IMG/VR virus record: IMGVR_UViG_2791355084_000002
Coordinates: 36,496 to 100,495 of that record
Reading direction: 5' to 3' (one strand)
DNA length: 64,000 bases
From: a virus
Taxonomy: Duplodnaviria > Caudoviricetes
The position numbers were made by a program, and so were the translations under genes. Positions 1 to 10,400 of this stretch are shown one piece after another (position 1 is the first letter of the stretch; every line of letters begins with the position of its first letter). Below the pieces are notes generated by a model. That model searched no databases and was not told where the DNA came from. It worked only from the letters and a program-made list of their open reading frames with translations.

Positions 1-75
1 CATGACATAAATCTGAGTGACATCCACCCATATCATAAATCTATTATAACCGAATATCGTTATATTTAGAAGTGG

Positions 76-387
76 ATGTTACTCCCAGGAGGGAGAACTG
101 TGCAAATACCAAGTGAAAGTTGTTTACAAGCCATGATCCATTATTCAGAGTTTTATAATCTTTCACCACCACTATCGAATGATTTTGGCGATTGGTGCAA
201 GAGTGTGGTGAATGAAATGGGTGACAGAGAAATACATCTACTTTATTTAGCGGTGAATGCTGCATTAAATAAAGGACTTGGTTGTCAAAAGTTAATGAAT
301 ATAATGTTTCACGAACTCCAAAGACGTAAATCGGAAATAGAGTTTTACGTGACTTATGCAAACGCATTATCACAAATCAAGACCTAA
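76..387 (+). CDS. Hypothetical cargo protein, possibly the 3' part of a gene broken by TAG at 67-69
   Basis: Same frame is open from base 1 to the TAG at 67-69; no clear RBS before 76. Confidence 0.4.
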   Translation: MLLPGGRTVQIPSESCLQAMIHYSEFYNLSPPLSNDFGDWCKSVVNEMGDREIHLLYLAVNAALNKGLGCQKLMNIMFHELQRRKSEIEFYVTYANALSQIKT

Positions 388-658
388 ATTGTAAAAGTCA
401 TAAAATAAAAGGGTGATATTTAACACCTTTTTATTTCTTGTTCAATAATCATGCCTTAGGAGATAATATCTTCATTTTTACATTTCTTTCACAGGATTAT
501 AGATTTTATGGAACAATTGGTATAATTTATTAGTAGGAATTTAAAAGGGAAGATAAAATGGGTAAAAGAGTCCATCTCTTTGTTAGGGAAGGAGGTACTT
601 TAAGGTTTCAATATTAGTTAGATGGAATGAAATAAATCATATAAAAATTTTGGGATGA

Positions 659-2191
659 GTGATTTTATTAATGGCATTTATATATCGATATGAATTGAAA
701 AATAAAAATTTTAGACAAAAAATAAATTTAAAGCTGCACGAAGAAAACATAGTTAATGCAATAAATCAAACATTTGGTAATAATGTATATTCTTTTAAGG
801 TTTATTCTGATTACTTTGAGTTTAGATTGCGACACAGTATAGCAACTAACCTCGAATTACAAAAATTAGGTAAAAACATAGTCAATTCTGATGCGGAGTT
901 AAGTAGCTATAAGAAGGTTTATAAAAAGAATTCACAGTTATTTAGAAGAAAAAGAAGTTCATATTATGCATTTTTAGAGGATATAGAATATGAGGATCAA
1001 ATATATTATTTAAAATTTGATTTGGTAGACCAAGAAGATAGTGACAGAATCCAAAATGAATTTGAGGAGAACCAAACTACGAAAGGAGATTTGTTAGGAA
1101 CACTAAATACATTTAGCATGATTGTGGAAATAAAAGAGCTGGACTTGATGGGGAATAAATTAAAAAGAATTTTAAATATTATTAATGAAGAAGCTTCAAA
1201 TAGATGGTATTTACTAAATGGTAAGCATGTTAAAAGTGGGAACTCTTTAATTTTTCTAGATTATACTGGTAGTCAAGAAATTGTATCAAACTTTATGCTA
1301 TCTTCAATAGAAGACTTAGTAGAAACAGCTCAATTAGAAAGATTTTATAGCTTAGAAGGTATACAACACGAAGAAAAAACAGATTTTAAAGAAAACTATG
1401 ATGATTTCTTTATTGCGGTTTACAATGTTGGGCAAGGATTATGTTCAGCAATCTGTAATTATAATTCACAACCAATTGTATACTTTGATTTTGGTGGTGG
1501 AGAGCGAAGAGATGCAGTAACCTATCCGCCAAATGGAATAGAATATTGCTTTAGTCTTAAACCTAAAATAATATTATCACATTGGCACAGAGATCATTGG
1601 ATTGGCGTCCATTACTGTAAGGATGCTTTAAAAACAGAGTGGATAGTTCCAAATCAGAAAAAGGGACCTCAAGTTACTAAACTATGTGCGGATATATCAA
1701 AATACGGTAAGTTGACCGAGTTAAGCTCAGGAACTTTCAAAACGCCTTTTGGTAGCTTATTTATTTGTAATGGGGATAATAGACACTACCATAATAACGG
1801 GATAGGTTTGTTAGTTGAAAATAAAAGTAATGAGAGATTTCTTTTGCCAGGGGATAATAGATATCAATTCATACCTGATCAATTCTTATCTAATTTAAAT
1901 GGACTCGTGGCTTCACACCATGGAGGAAATTACTTCAAGAATAATTGTGGTAAAAATAAGATTCCGCTGAATGTTAAAGAAGGTAAAATTGTGTACAGTT
2001 ACGGAAAACATGCAAAGTTCACCCCGAAATTTAATTCCCATAGTCACCCTTCTTATACTGGTGATTATATTAAATATAAGTGGGTAAAATCTTTGGAACT
2101 ACATACACCGGATGGTCACCGTGCAATTGGGGTTAATAATACAATAAATAAATGTAACTGTGGGTGTGATTTAGAAATTAAATATCCATAG
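659..2191 (+). CDS. MBL-fold (ComEC-like) metallohydrolase with long unknown N-terminal region
   Basis: Motifs NVGQG, DFG, SHWHRDH, LPGD, SHHG, HSHP; AT-rich; followed by a terminator. Confidence 0.75.
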   Translation: MILLMAFIYRYELKNKNFRQKINLKLHEENIVNAINQTFGNNVYSFKVYSDYFEFRLRHSIATNLELQKLGKNIVNSDAELSSYKKVYKKNSQLFRRKRSSYYAFLEDIEYEDQIYYLKFDLVDQEDSDRIQNEFEENQTTKGDLLGTLNTFSMIVEIKELDLMGNKLKRILNIINEEASNRWYLLNGKHVKSGNSLIFLDYTGSQEIVSNFMLSSIEDLVETAQLERFYSLEGIQHEEKTDFKENYDDFFIAVYNVGQGLCSAICNYNSQPIVYFDFGGGERRDAVTYPPNGIEYCFSLKPKIILSHWHRDHWIGVHYCKDALKTEWIVPNQKKGPQVTKLCADISKYGKLTELSSGTFKTPFGSLFICNGDNRHYHNNGIGLLVENKSNERFLLPGDNRYQFIPDQFLSNLNGLVASHHGGNYFKNNCGKNKIPLNVKEGKIVYSYGKHAKFTPKFNSHSHPSYTGDYIKYKWVKSLELHTPDGHRAIGVNNTINKCNCGCDLEIKYP

Positions 2192-2247
2192 TTGTGATAG
2201 AATATATCAATATTTATTTTCTTTTTGTAAATAAATGTTATTATTTT

Positions 2248-2325
2248 TTATTCAATGTTCGGATGCGATTATTGAATAAGCATCACTGTTCTTCTAAAGC
2301 TAACGGGGACTTCAGTTCAATAAAG
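2248..2325. repeat. Two short hairpin-like elements downstream of the MBL gene
   Basis: ttattcaat-N14-attgaataa (2248-2279) and aagctaacggggacttcagttcaataa (2297-2323). Confidence 0.4.
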
Positions 2326-2357
2326 TTCATCTAATTTTAAAAAACTTTCATAAAGTT

Positions 2358-2391
2358 AAAAAGCCATTCTTTTAGAGTGGCTTTTTATTTT
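2358..2391 (+). terminator. Intrinsic terminator
   Basis: aaaagccattct-ttt-agagtggctttt stem followed by a T-tract. Confidence 0.75.
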
Positions 2392-2469
2392 GTCTTTCCT
2401 CTCGCAGACGCTATAAAGAACGGGAAAAAATATTATCGAACAGTTTAGGGATTCCATCGGATAACTAAA

Positions 2470-3150
2470 TTGGGCAAGGAGGACATGATGAAGAACAATC
2501 CATTTTATTTAAAAACCTTTTTACCTTTAGCTATTCAAATGTTTTCTGATGGTGGGGAAGGAAATCCTTCAGGGGATCATCCACCACAAGGAGATGGCGG
2601 AAACGGACAAGGGGCTACATTGACACTTGAATCGGTTCAATCATTTTTAAACGACAATGATGAGGGTAAGAAATGGTTGCAGTCATTTGCTGATACACGT
2701 GTAACGGAAGCGATTAAAACGTATGAAACGAAAACTCTCCCAAAGAAACTAGAAGAGGAAATTACAAAGCGTTACCCACCGGAAACGGAGGAAGCGAAAC
2801 AGTTACGTGAGTTAAAGGCACAATTTGAGCAATCGCAAAAAGAAGCTGCACGTGAAAAGTTAATTAATCAGGCGTTATCTATTGCAACTGAAAAGCGTTT
2901 ACCAAGTAAGTTAGTAGCGTTCTTTGTCGGTGAAGATGCTGAAAAGACAACAGCTAATTTAGGTGTACTTGAAGCGGAATTTAACGCAGCTGTTCAGGCA
3001 GAAGTGGATAAACGCTTTAAAGATGGTGGAACGCCACCACCACAAAAAGGAGGGGGCTCAACAACATTGACGAAAGAAGCTGTACTGAAAATGACAACGG
3101 ATGAAATCAATGCGAATTGGGATGAAATCGTGAAAAACAATTTACTATAA
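2470..3150 (+). CDS. Capsid scaffolding protein (DUF4355-like)
   Basis: IQMFSD N-terminal motif, acidic/coiled-coil content, GGTPP near the C-terminus, directly before the capsid gene. Confidence 0.85.
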   Translation: MGKEDMMKNNPFYLKTFLPLAIQMFSDGGEGNPSGDHPPQGDGGNGQGATLTLESVQSFLNDNDEGKKWLQSFADTRVTEAIKTYETKTLPKKLEEEITKRYPPETEEAKQLRELKAQFEQSQKEAAREKLINQALSIATEKRLPSKLVAFFVGEDAEKTTANLGVLEAEFNAAVQAEVDKRFKDGGTPPPQKGGGSTTLTKEAVLKMTTDEINANWDEIVKNNLL

Positions 3151-3179
3151 TCGATTAGCAGTAAGGAGGAAATATCGTT

Positions 3180-4046
3180 ATGACGATTAAAAACTTTATT
3201 CCAACAATTTGGTCAGCTCGACTTTTGCACAATTTACAAAAATCATTAGTATTCGGACAAGCTAGTGTCATCAACCGTGATTATGAAGGTGAAATCAAGG
3301 CTTACGGTGACACAGTAAAAATCAATGGTATTGGTGCGGTATCCGTAGGTGATTATACGCGAAACAAAGATATGAAGGATCCAGAGGAACTGACAGATCA
3401 CACACGTAATTTAGTGATTGACCAATCGAAGTTTTTCAACTTCCAAATTGATGATTTAGATAAAATTCAACAAAATCCTAAATTAATGGATCATGCAATG
3501 CGTGAAGCGGCTTATGCCTTATCGAATGTCGCGGATCAATTTATTGCCTCTCATTATGTACATGCTGCTAACACTATTGGTACGGACAAGGATCCGATTC
3601 AGGTAACGAAAGCCAATGCCTATGAGTACCTTGTGGACCTTTCAACGAAATTGGATGAAGCCAATATTCCGACACAAGGTCGTTTTGCTGTTTTGCCACC
3701 TTGGTATGAAGGGCTATTATTAAAAGATGATCGCTTTGTTGGTTCTGGTGCTTTGCCAGCAGACGAACGTTTGGTTAATGGTGTTGTAGGTCGAGCTGCA
3801 GGTTTCTTACTTATGAAATCTAATAATGCACCATTTGTTGATACAGGTTTTGAAGGCGTCGTCGCAAACTCAAAAATTATCGCCGGACATAATATGGCCT
3901 GGACGTATGCTGAACAAGCTGCAAAAGTAGAGGGCTATCGAATGGAGAAACGTTTTGCAGATGCTGTAAAAGGACTTCATCTATACGGTTGTAAAGTGGT
4001 GCGCCCAGAAGCTTTAGCAGTACTTTCAGCTAGACGACCAGCGTAA
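3180..4046 (+). CDS. Major capsid protein
   Basis: FIPTIWS start, NRDYEGEI, DAVKGLHLYG-KVVRPEAL motifs; position in the module. Confidence 0.9.
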   Translation: MTIKNFIPTIWSARLLHNLQKSLVFGQASVINRDYEGEIKAYGDTVKINGIGAVSVGDYTRNKDMKDPEELTDHTRNLVIDQSKFFNFQIDDLDKIQQNPKLMDHAMREAAYALSNVADQFIASHYVHAANTIGTDKDPIQVTKANAYEYLVDLSTKLDEANIPTQGRFAVLPPWYEGLLLKDDRFVGSGALPADERLVNGVVGRAAGFLLMKSNNAPFVDTGFEGVVANSKIIAGHNMAWTYAEQAAKVEGYRMEKRFADAVKGLHLYGCKVVRPEALAVLSARRPA

Positions 4047-4060
4047 GGAGGGGGTTAAAA

Positions 4061-4213
4061 ATGTTCGTAAAAAACTTAAATACGGGTATCACATGGGCGG
4101 TCACTGAAGAACACGGTGCTCGCCTTTTGCGTACAGAGGAATTTGAGGAAGTACAATTAGAGAAGCCTAAACGTACCATTTCTAAAAAACCAGAAGCAGA
4201 AACTGAAAAGTAG
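4061..4213 (+). CDS. Small phage head-associated protein (50 aa, absent from the ORF track)
   Basis: RBS aaggaggggg then MFVKNLNTGITWAV...; fills the gap between capsid and adaptor. Confidence 0.7.
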   Translation: MFVKNLNTGITWAVTEEHGARLLRTEEFEEVQLEKPKRTISKKPEAETEK

Positions 4214-4549
4214 GTGGTCAATATGTGGCAACCAACTCAAGAAGAAATCGAACAGCTAAAACAGTTAAATGGTGATACAGGAGCTAAGCATGATGCGTTT
4301 TATTGTGCAATGGCTCCTATTTTATTTGAAGTAGCAATTGACCATTGTAACGGTGCGTGGTGTCCTGAAACGATGCCTCAAGGTGTGCAACTATTTATCG
4401 CTAAGGCTATACAATTCAATATGCAAACAACAGGGTTAAAAGGACGTGTTATGGGGACAGTCTCCTATTCTTATGACACAGAGTTTCCAAAAGCCATTTG
4501 GACCTATTTACGGCCATATAAGAAGGTGAAGTTTCATGCATTACGATGA
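4214..4549 (+). CDS. Head-tail adaptor (SPP1 gp15-like)
   Basis: MGTVSYSY and LRPYKK motifs; synteny. Confidence 0.75.
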   Translation: MVNMWQPTQEEIEQLKQLNGDTGAKHDAFYCAMAPILFEVAIDHCNGAWCPETMPQGVQLFIAKAIQFNMQTTGLKGRVMGTVSYSYDTEFPKAIWTYLRPYKKVKFHALR

Positions 4550-4859
4550 ATTTCCTCATACAGTCGAAGTCGTTGAGAAGCAACGTATTTCTGATGGTGC
4601 AGGGGGATATAAAACGAAGTGGATGCCAGTGGATACAATCGAAGCGTTTGTTGATACACCAACAAGCAAAGAGCATTATTATGCTCAACAGCTAGGTAAT
4701 CCATTGCAATGTTACATGTATTACCCCTACAGAACTGATTTAACGTCTAGTATGCGATTACGCTTTGAAGGGGAGATATACGAGTTTGCAGGACGTCCTG
4801 AAGATCAAGGTGGCCAACATGAAATGATGCGTGTGGCTTTAAAGCTGGTGATGTCATAA
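4536..4859 (+). CDS. Head closure protein (SPP1 gp16-like)
   Basis: DGAGG..W motif; synteny. Confidence 0.8.
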   Translation: MHYDEFPHTVEVVEKQRISDGAGGYKTKWMPVDTIEAFVDTPTSKEHYYAQQLGNPLQCYMYYPYRTDLTSSMRLRFEGEIYEFAGRPEDQGGQHEMMRVALKLVMS

Positions 4860-5284
4860 TGGCTCGAATTACTTTCAGTGGATGGAAATTGTTAAGAGCC
4901 GCGCAACGTTTTGAAGAAGGGATTTTAGATAAAGTATCCGACATTGTGTACGAGACTGCAAGGCTTATACAAACTGAGGCTAAAGCACTCGCGCCAGTTG
5001 ATGATGGCAGCTTGCGTGACTCTATCGAAATGAAGATGCTAGGGAAGTATAACGCTGTTGTCACTGTAGGGAGCCATTACGCTATTTGGGTGGAATTTGG
5101 TACTGGCGTACATGCAGAGGGGCCAGGAGGAAGTAGAGCCAAAAAGATTCCTTGGACTTATTACAGTGAAAAGTTAGGACACTGGGTAACTAGTAGCGGT
5201 AATAAAGCTCAACCATTCTGGGGCCCTGCAGTTGATGCTGGACAAGCGTATTTTAAAACAGAAATGAGGCGTTTAGGCTTATGA
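4859..5284 (+). CDS. HK97 gp10-like tail component
   Basis: APVDDGSLRDSI, YAIWVEFGT, AQPF motifs. Confidence 0.85.
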   Translation: MARITFSGWKLLRAAQRFEEGILDKVSDIVYETARLIQTEAKALAPVDDGSLRDSIEMKMLGKYNAVVTVGSHYAIWVEFGTGVHAEGPGGSRAKKIPWTYYSEKLGHWVTSSGNKAQPFWGPAVDAGQAYFKTEMRRLGL

Positions 5285-5724
5285 CCAATTATTATGCGCT
5301 ACCTTATTTTGAGTTGCAACAAGCTATCTATCAAAAGTTGATTGCTTGTGAAGCGCTGACAAATATTACTCGAAAAAGTGAAGAGGATTTAGGTGCGTAC
5401 GATACTGTCGATGAAAATACACCTTATCCATACGTAACGATTGCAGAGCCTTATTCATCACCATTTGACACGAAAACGAGCAATATTGAAACGATTTCTT
5501 TTACGATTCATGCTTGGTGGATGGATAACGATGAGTACAGCGGTAAACGGAAAGTGTATGAGATGCTATCAGCTTCTCAACAAGCGCTGATGGCTCAAAA
5601 TTACAAACTTCCAAAAGCTAAAGTGCTAAGTGTTAAAAGGCGTGACTCACGTGTTTTTGATGACAATAGCCCTGGAGTAAAGCATGGCGTCTTAGTCGTG
5701 CAATATAAAGTGCAGAATATTTAA
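5281..5724 (+). CDS. Tail terminator (DUF3168-like)
   Basis: LQQAIYQKL, PYPYVTI, HGVL motifs; precedes the tail tube gene. Confidence 0.8.
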   Translation: MTNYYALPYFELQQAIYQKLIACEALTNITRKSEEDLGAYDTVDENTPYPYVTIAEPYSSPFDTKTSNIETISFTIHAWWMDNDEYSGKRKVYEMLSASQQALMAQNYKLPKAKVLSVKRRDSRVFDDNSPGVKHGVLVVQYKVQNI

Positions 5725-5766
5725 CAGTCCTTTATGGGGCTGTTTTTCGTTTAGGAGGGGAAATAC

Positions 5767-6546
5767 ATGCAAAACGGTAAGGATACAGTTTTAATTGTCC
5801 AGCTTGCTACAAATGCATTAGGTGAGGATGGTTACCTCATCGGGCATCTAACTGAAAATAGCCACTCTATCGAAAATGAACTAGTTGATGAACAGACGAA
5901 ATTTGGACGGATTCTAGCATACGGCCAATCGAGTGAATCCTTTGAAGTTACGATGTTTGGTGACAAAACAGATCCAGGACAAAAGGCAATTTTAGATGCC
6001 ATTCGCAATAAGGTGCAGCTAAAAGTTTGGCAAGTTGATTTAAATACAGTCAAAAATGATAGTAATGAAGATGTACATGATGCCATTTTTGCTTACACAT
6101 TAGTTGAATCAGTAGAGATATCGAATCCAGGTGACAACTTCCAAGAAATCTCCTGCACGTTACAGGTCATCGGAGAATCCAAACCAGGACAATTGCCGAA
6201 GCTACCTGATTCCGTTATAGCATTTGCAAGGAGTGCATTTGAAAAGCCGGGAGAGAAAACAGGTGAGTTCGGTAAAGCGAAAGAAAAAGCAGTACCTGTA
6301 ACGAGTGTGACAGTGACACCTACAACAGCATCCATCGCTGTGAATGCTACCAAACAATTAAGCGTTGTTGTAACTCCTGAGGATGCATCAAACCAACATG
6401 TAACATTTGAATCGAGTGATACTACGGTTGCGAAAGTATCGCCTACAGGTCTTGTAACGGGACTTTCAGCAGGAACATCTACCATCACAGTCACTACGGT
6501 AAGTGGAGGTAAAACAGCTACCGCAGCAATAACGGTTACAGCTTAA
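5767..6546 (+). CDS. Major tail tube protein with in-frame C-terminal Ig-like (Big_2) domain
   Basis: QTKFG and LKVWQV tube motifs; VPVTSVTVTP...ESSDTTVAKVSPTGLVTG Ig motif. Confidence 0.85.
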   Translation: MQNGKDTVLIVQLATNALGEDGYLIGHLTENSHSIENELVDEQTKFGRILAYGQSSESFEVTMFGDKTDPGQKAILDAIRNKVQLKVWQVDLNTVKNDSNEDVHDAIFAYTLVESVEISNPGDNFQEISCTLQVIGESKPGQLPKLPDSVIAFARSAFEKPGEKTGEFGKAKEKAVPVTSVTVTPTTASIAVNATKQLSVVVTPEDASNQHVTFESSDTTVAKVSPTGLVTGLSAGTSTITVTTVSGGKTATAAITVTA

Positions 6547-6608
6547 GGAATAGGGAGCAATGTGCGCTCTTTACTTTTTGACTCGTTTTAATAGGAGGGT
6601 TAAATCAT

Positions 6609-7079
6609 ATGGCAACATTAACAATTGGCAAGAATCAATATGAAGCAAAATTCGGATTCGCTTTTAAAAACTTAGCAGATAAAAACTACAATCAAAAGGA
6701 TAAGGAAGGCAATGAGGTAGGCGGGTTTAGTGCTATCTATACAGGGCTATTGCAATTTGATTTAGATGCCTTAAAAGCGTTTTGGGATTGTGGATTAGCG
6801 CATTTAAAGAACCGACCATCAATGGCTCAAATAGAGGCGGCGTTAGAAGCAAGAATTGAAGAAGATGGAGACACAACCATGCTATTTAAAGAAGCATTTC
6901 GTGAGATTAATGACTCGGGTTTTTTCAAAAAAGATGCGAAGACGTTTTGGAAGAACTTAGAGCTATTCAAAACGATGGGCAAAAACGAGGAAGAGCAAGC
7001 GGAGAATGCCAAGGGCGTTCAGATCATGCTAGACGCGAAAGCGGAGCTATTGGAAGAGGAAACAGAGTTGACGAACTAG
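6609..7079 (+). CDS. Tail assembly chaperone
   Basis: AKFGFAF and SGFF motifs; between tube and TMP. Confidence 0.8.
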   Translation: MATLTIGKNQYEAKFGFAFKNLADKNYNQKDKEGNEVGGFSAIYTGLLQFDLDALKAFWDCGLAHLKNRPSMAQIEAALEARIEEDGDTTMLFKEAFREINDSGFFKKDAKTFWKNLELFKTMGKNEEEQAENAKGVQIMLDAKAELLEEETELTN

Positions 7080-7423
7080 AATGGCTCGAAGTCCTATCAA
7101 ACGCTGCAGAATACTTAGGTGTCCATGATGTCGATTTAATAATGTCATGGACACCAAACGAGTACAAAGCGCTTCTAATTGGCGCACAAATGAAAATGGT
7201 GAGTGATTATGAAAATTTAGCGATTCAAGCCATGTATATTCGCAAGGCTGAAAATGAGAAACGTTTAAGGTTAACGGACTTATTTGATGCTGAAAAAGCT
7301 AGAAAAAGAATCCTAGCAGGTGATAAAGACTGGAAGCAAACTAAGAAAATAGACACGTCACTTTACAAGAAAGCACAGGCTGATATGAAGGCATGGGCTG
7401 ATAAATTAAACACGAAAGGGTAA
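6947..7423 (+). CDS. Second tail chaperone ORF (probable frameshift extension; true start uncertain)
   Basis: -1 frame relative to the chaperone; WTPNEY motif; ends just before the TMP gene. Confidence 0.65.
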   Translation: MEELRAIQNDGQKRGRASGECQGRSDHARRESGAIGRGNRVDELEWLEVLSNAAEYLGVHDVDLIMSWTPNEYKALLIGAQMKMVSDYENLAIQAMYIRKAENEKRLRLTDLFDAEKARKRILAGDKDWKQTKKIDTSLYKKAQADMKAWADKLNTKG

Positions 7424-7428
7424 AGCAG

Positions 7429-10400
7429 ATGAACGAGAATTTTACTGCACGAATTGGTGCGCGTATTACGCAGTTTATGGCACAGATGCGCCAAGTCCAA
7501 AACACAATACGCACGACGGCAAATGATGTGCATGTAGACATTGGAGCGGATATTAGTCAGTTCCGTCGTCGCATGGCTGAAATTCGAGCGCGCATTGCAG
7601 CTTTAATTCGTGAACGAGTCGTTATTAAAATTGAAGCTCGGATAGAAGCATTTCAAAATAAGATCAATCGAATTGCAACAAATATTCGAGCCTTTGGTGA
7701 GTTAATACAACATACGTTAAAGGGCTCACTGATGGCCGTCTTTCCTGCGATATCCCCTATATTAGGGAATATCTCGGGTGCTATTGCGAACTTAGGTCCG
7801 ATGATTGGTACTGTCGCTGGATCTACATTTGCATTAGCCGGTGCCTTTGCAGCAGCTGGTACCGCAGCGGTAGGATTTGGCGCAGTAGCAATCCCGACAA
7901 TCAAAACGTTATTTGATGAAACCGGTCCACCATTCACTGCATTACAAAAGAAAGCGTGGAATGCATTTGAAAGTGTAAAGAAAACATATCGGTCACTCGT
8001 AAAAGAGACAGAAACGCCAGTCCTGCAAGCTTTTACAAGCGCCATGCAAGCAACAGATTCCATACTGAATAAGTTACGGCCCCTATTTATCTCAAGTGCT
8101 CAAGCGGTGGCAAATTTAATGGCTCAACTCAATACGGCTATCGATACGCCACCTATACAAAAGTTTTTAACGTATCTAAATACTAGTGGTGCCTCACTGT
8201 TGGAGACGTTTGGTCGCTCATTTGGAAATGTATTTAAAGGGTTGCTATCGATGCTGACGGCTTTTGCACCATTAAGTTTCAGTACAGCAAAAGGCTTCGA
8301 AGCAATGACAGCACGTTTTGCAGAGTGGGCAAATGGATTAAGTGGTAGTGCAAAATTCCAAGCATTTATGGACTACGTAAATACTAATATGCCTAAGATT
8401 CGCGCTATCTTCCGTGATGCAATAGCAGGCGTTGTGTATTTCTTTAGTGCATTTGCAGGCTCTTCATCTAGTATGATGGACGGGCTTGTATCGATGATGG
8501 CTCGATTTAAAGAGTGGTCAGCCACACTTAGTCAAAATCAAGGTTTCCAACAATTTATTGATTATGTCCATCAATCAGCGCCTAGTGTTATGAACCTAAT
8601 TGGGAACTTAACGACTTTCCTAGTGAACTTAGGTATTGGCATGGCGCCTCTTGGTGCAACTATTATCGAGCTAGCCAATAAGTTTTTAACTTTTGCTAAT
8701 AGCTTGATGGAAAACAATCGATCCATAGGTGTTATCATTGCGGGACTTATTTCGTTTGGTGGTGTTTTGCTTGCCATCGTACCAAATATAATTGCATTCA
8801 AAGAGTTATTCGCAGGGTTCGGCTCTTCCATGTTTGGTGGTATTGGGAAAGCGCTGAAATCCGTAACCGGGTTATTTACAAACTTTAGTGGAACAATGGC
8901 ATCATTGGGTGCTAAAGTGATGACTTTCGCTACAAACTTTGGGAAAGCATTTGGACTAATTACGAATCCAGTAGGTTTAGTTGTCATAGCAATCGTCGGT
9001 TTCATCGCCATCTTAGTACGTCTATATCAAACGAACGAAAAGTTCCGAACTCAGGTTCAAACTGTTTGGGAAGCAATTAAAACCGGAATTTCCGTAGCAG
9101 TAACTGCTGTTAAAGATTTGGTGATGTCCGTCTGGTCACAGATTACAGCATTCTGGACGGAAAACCAAGCAAGTATTAAGGCGACTGCTTTGGTTGTATG
9201 GAATGTAATCGAAAATGTTGTGACGTCTGTGATGTCAGTCATAGGGACAATCATGCAAAAGATATGGCCAGTCGTAAAAGCGCTCATTGTCTCTACATGG
9301 GAAGCGATTAAAAATGTGATCCAAGGTGCCATTAAGGTTATTTTGGGTATCGTCAAAACATTCAGCGCACTATTTAGAGGTGACTGGCAAGGTGTCTGGG
9401 ATGGAATAAAACAAATCCTTAGCGGTGCGTTACAAGCAGTCTGGGGTGCAATTAATCTTTACTTTGTAGGGAAATTACTTGGACCGTTAAAAGCATTTGG
9501 CTCAACAGCAAAAACGCTTTTACAGGGCGTTTGGACAACAATTAAAGGTATTTTCACCAATACTTTAAATGCGATAAAAAGTACGGTTTCAACCATCTTT
9601 AACGGACTGAAAAATACAATTAAAACGATTTGGAATGGTATTAAATCGTTTTTCAATACTGTTCTCAATGGCATTAAATCTATTTTTACGAGTGTTTGGC
9701 GAAGTATCGCTTCATTCCTAGATAATTTTTTCACAAGTCTAATCGGCACAATTCAATCTGTTTGGAATGGTATTAAGAGCTTCATCTCAAGTGTCTTAAA
9801 AGCTATTGCAAACATTATTAAAAGTATTTGGAACGGTATTAAAACAACCATTAATACAATTCTAAATGGTATAAAAAGGACTATTGAAACCATTTGGAAT
9901 GGGTTTAAAACAACCGTATCAACGGCGATGAAAAACGTTAAATCGGCTGTTGTGAATGGATGGAATGCGGCAAAGTCTTTCTTACAAAATATTAGTCTAG
10001 TGAAAATTGGTGAATTTATCGTAGCTGGTTTGGTGAAAGGGATTAGTAATTGGTTTGGTAAAGTAAAAGCCAAAGTTATGGAACTTGCCCAACTGTTACC
10101 AACTTGGTTACGAAATAAATTAGGTATTCACTCCCCATCCCGTGTCATGATGTCAGTCGGTAAATGGATTCCATCCGGGCTTGCCAAAGGGATTAGTGGC
10201 AATACGAAAGTTGTAACGAAAGCTGCAGCAGTTTTGGCTGCAAATGCAGTTCCCGATATTAGTTCAAGTCTATCAACTACCAAAGCGGAAATGAAGCTTG
10301 CAGCGTCACAATTAGCCGAAGCTGCTAGAGCAGATTTGCGTATCTTAACGGATGGGCTATCGATGAAAAGTGCCATCAGCAGTGCTCAAAAAACAAGTAT

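Noticed and set aside
5767-6546. SPP1-like frameshift adding an Ig domain to the tail tube
   Set aside because: The Ig domain is already in frame, so no shift is needed
7653-10376. Long minus-strand ORFs opposite the TMP (and opposite other structural genes)
   Set aside because: Antisense shadows of biased coding sequence with no recognisable motifs
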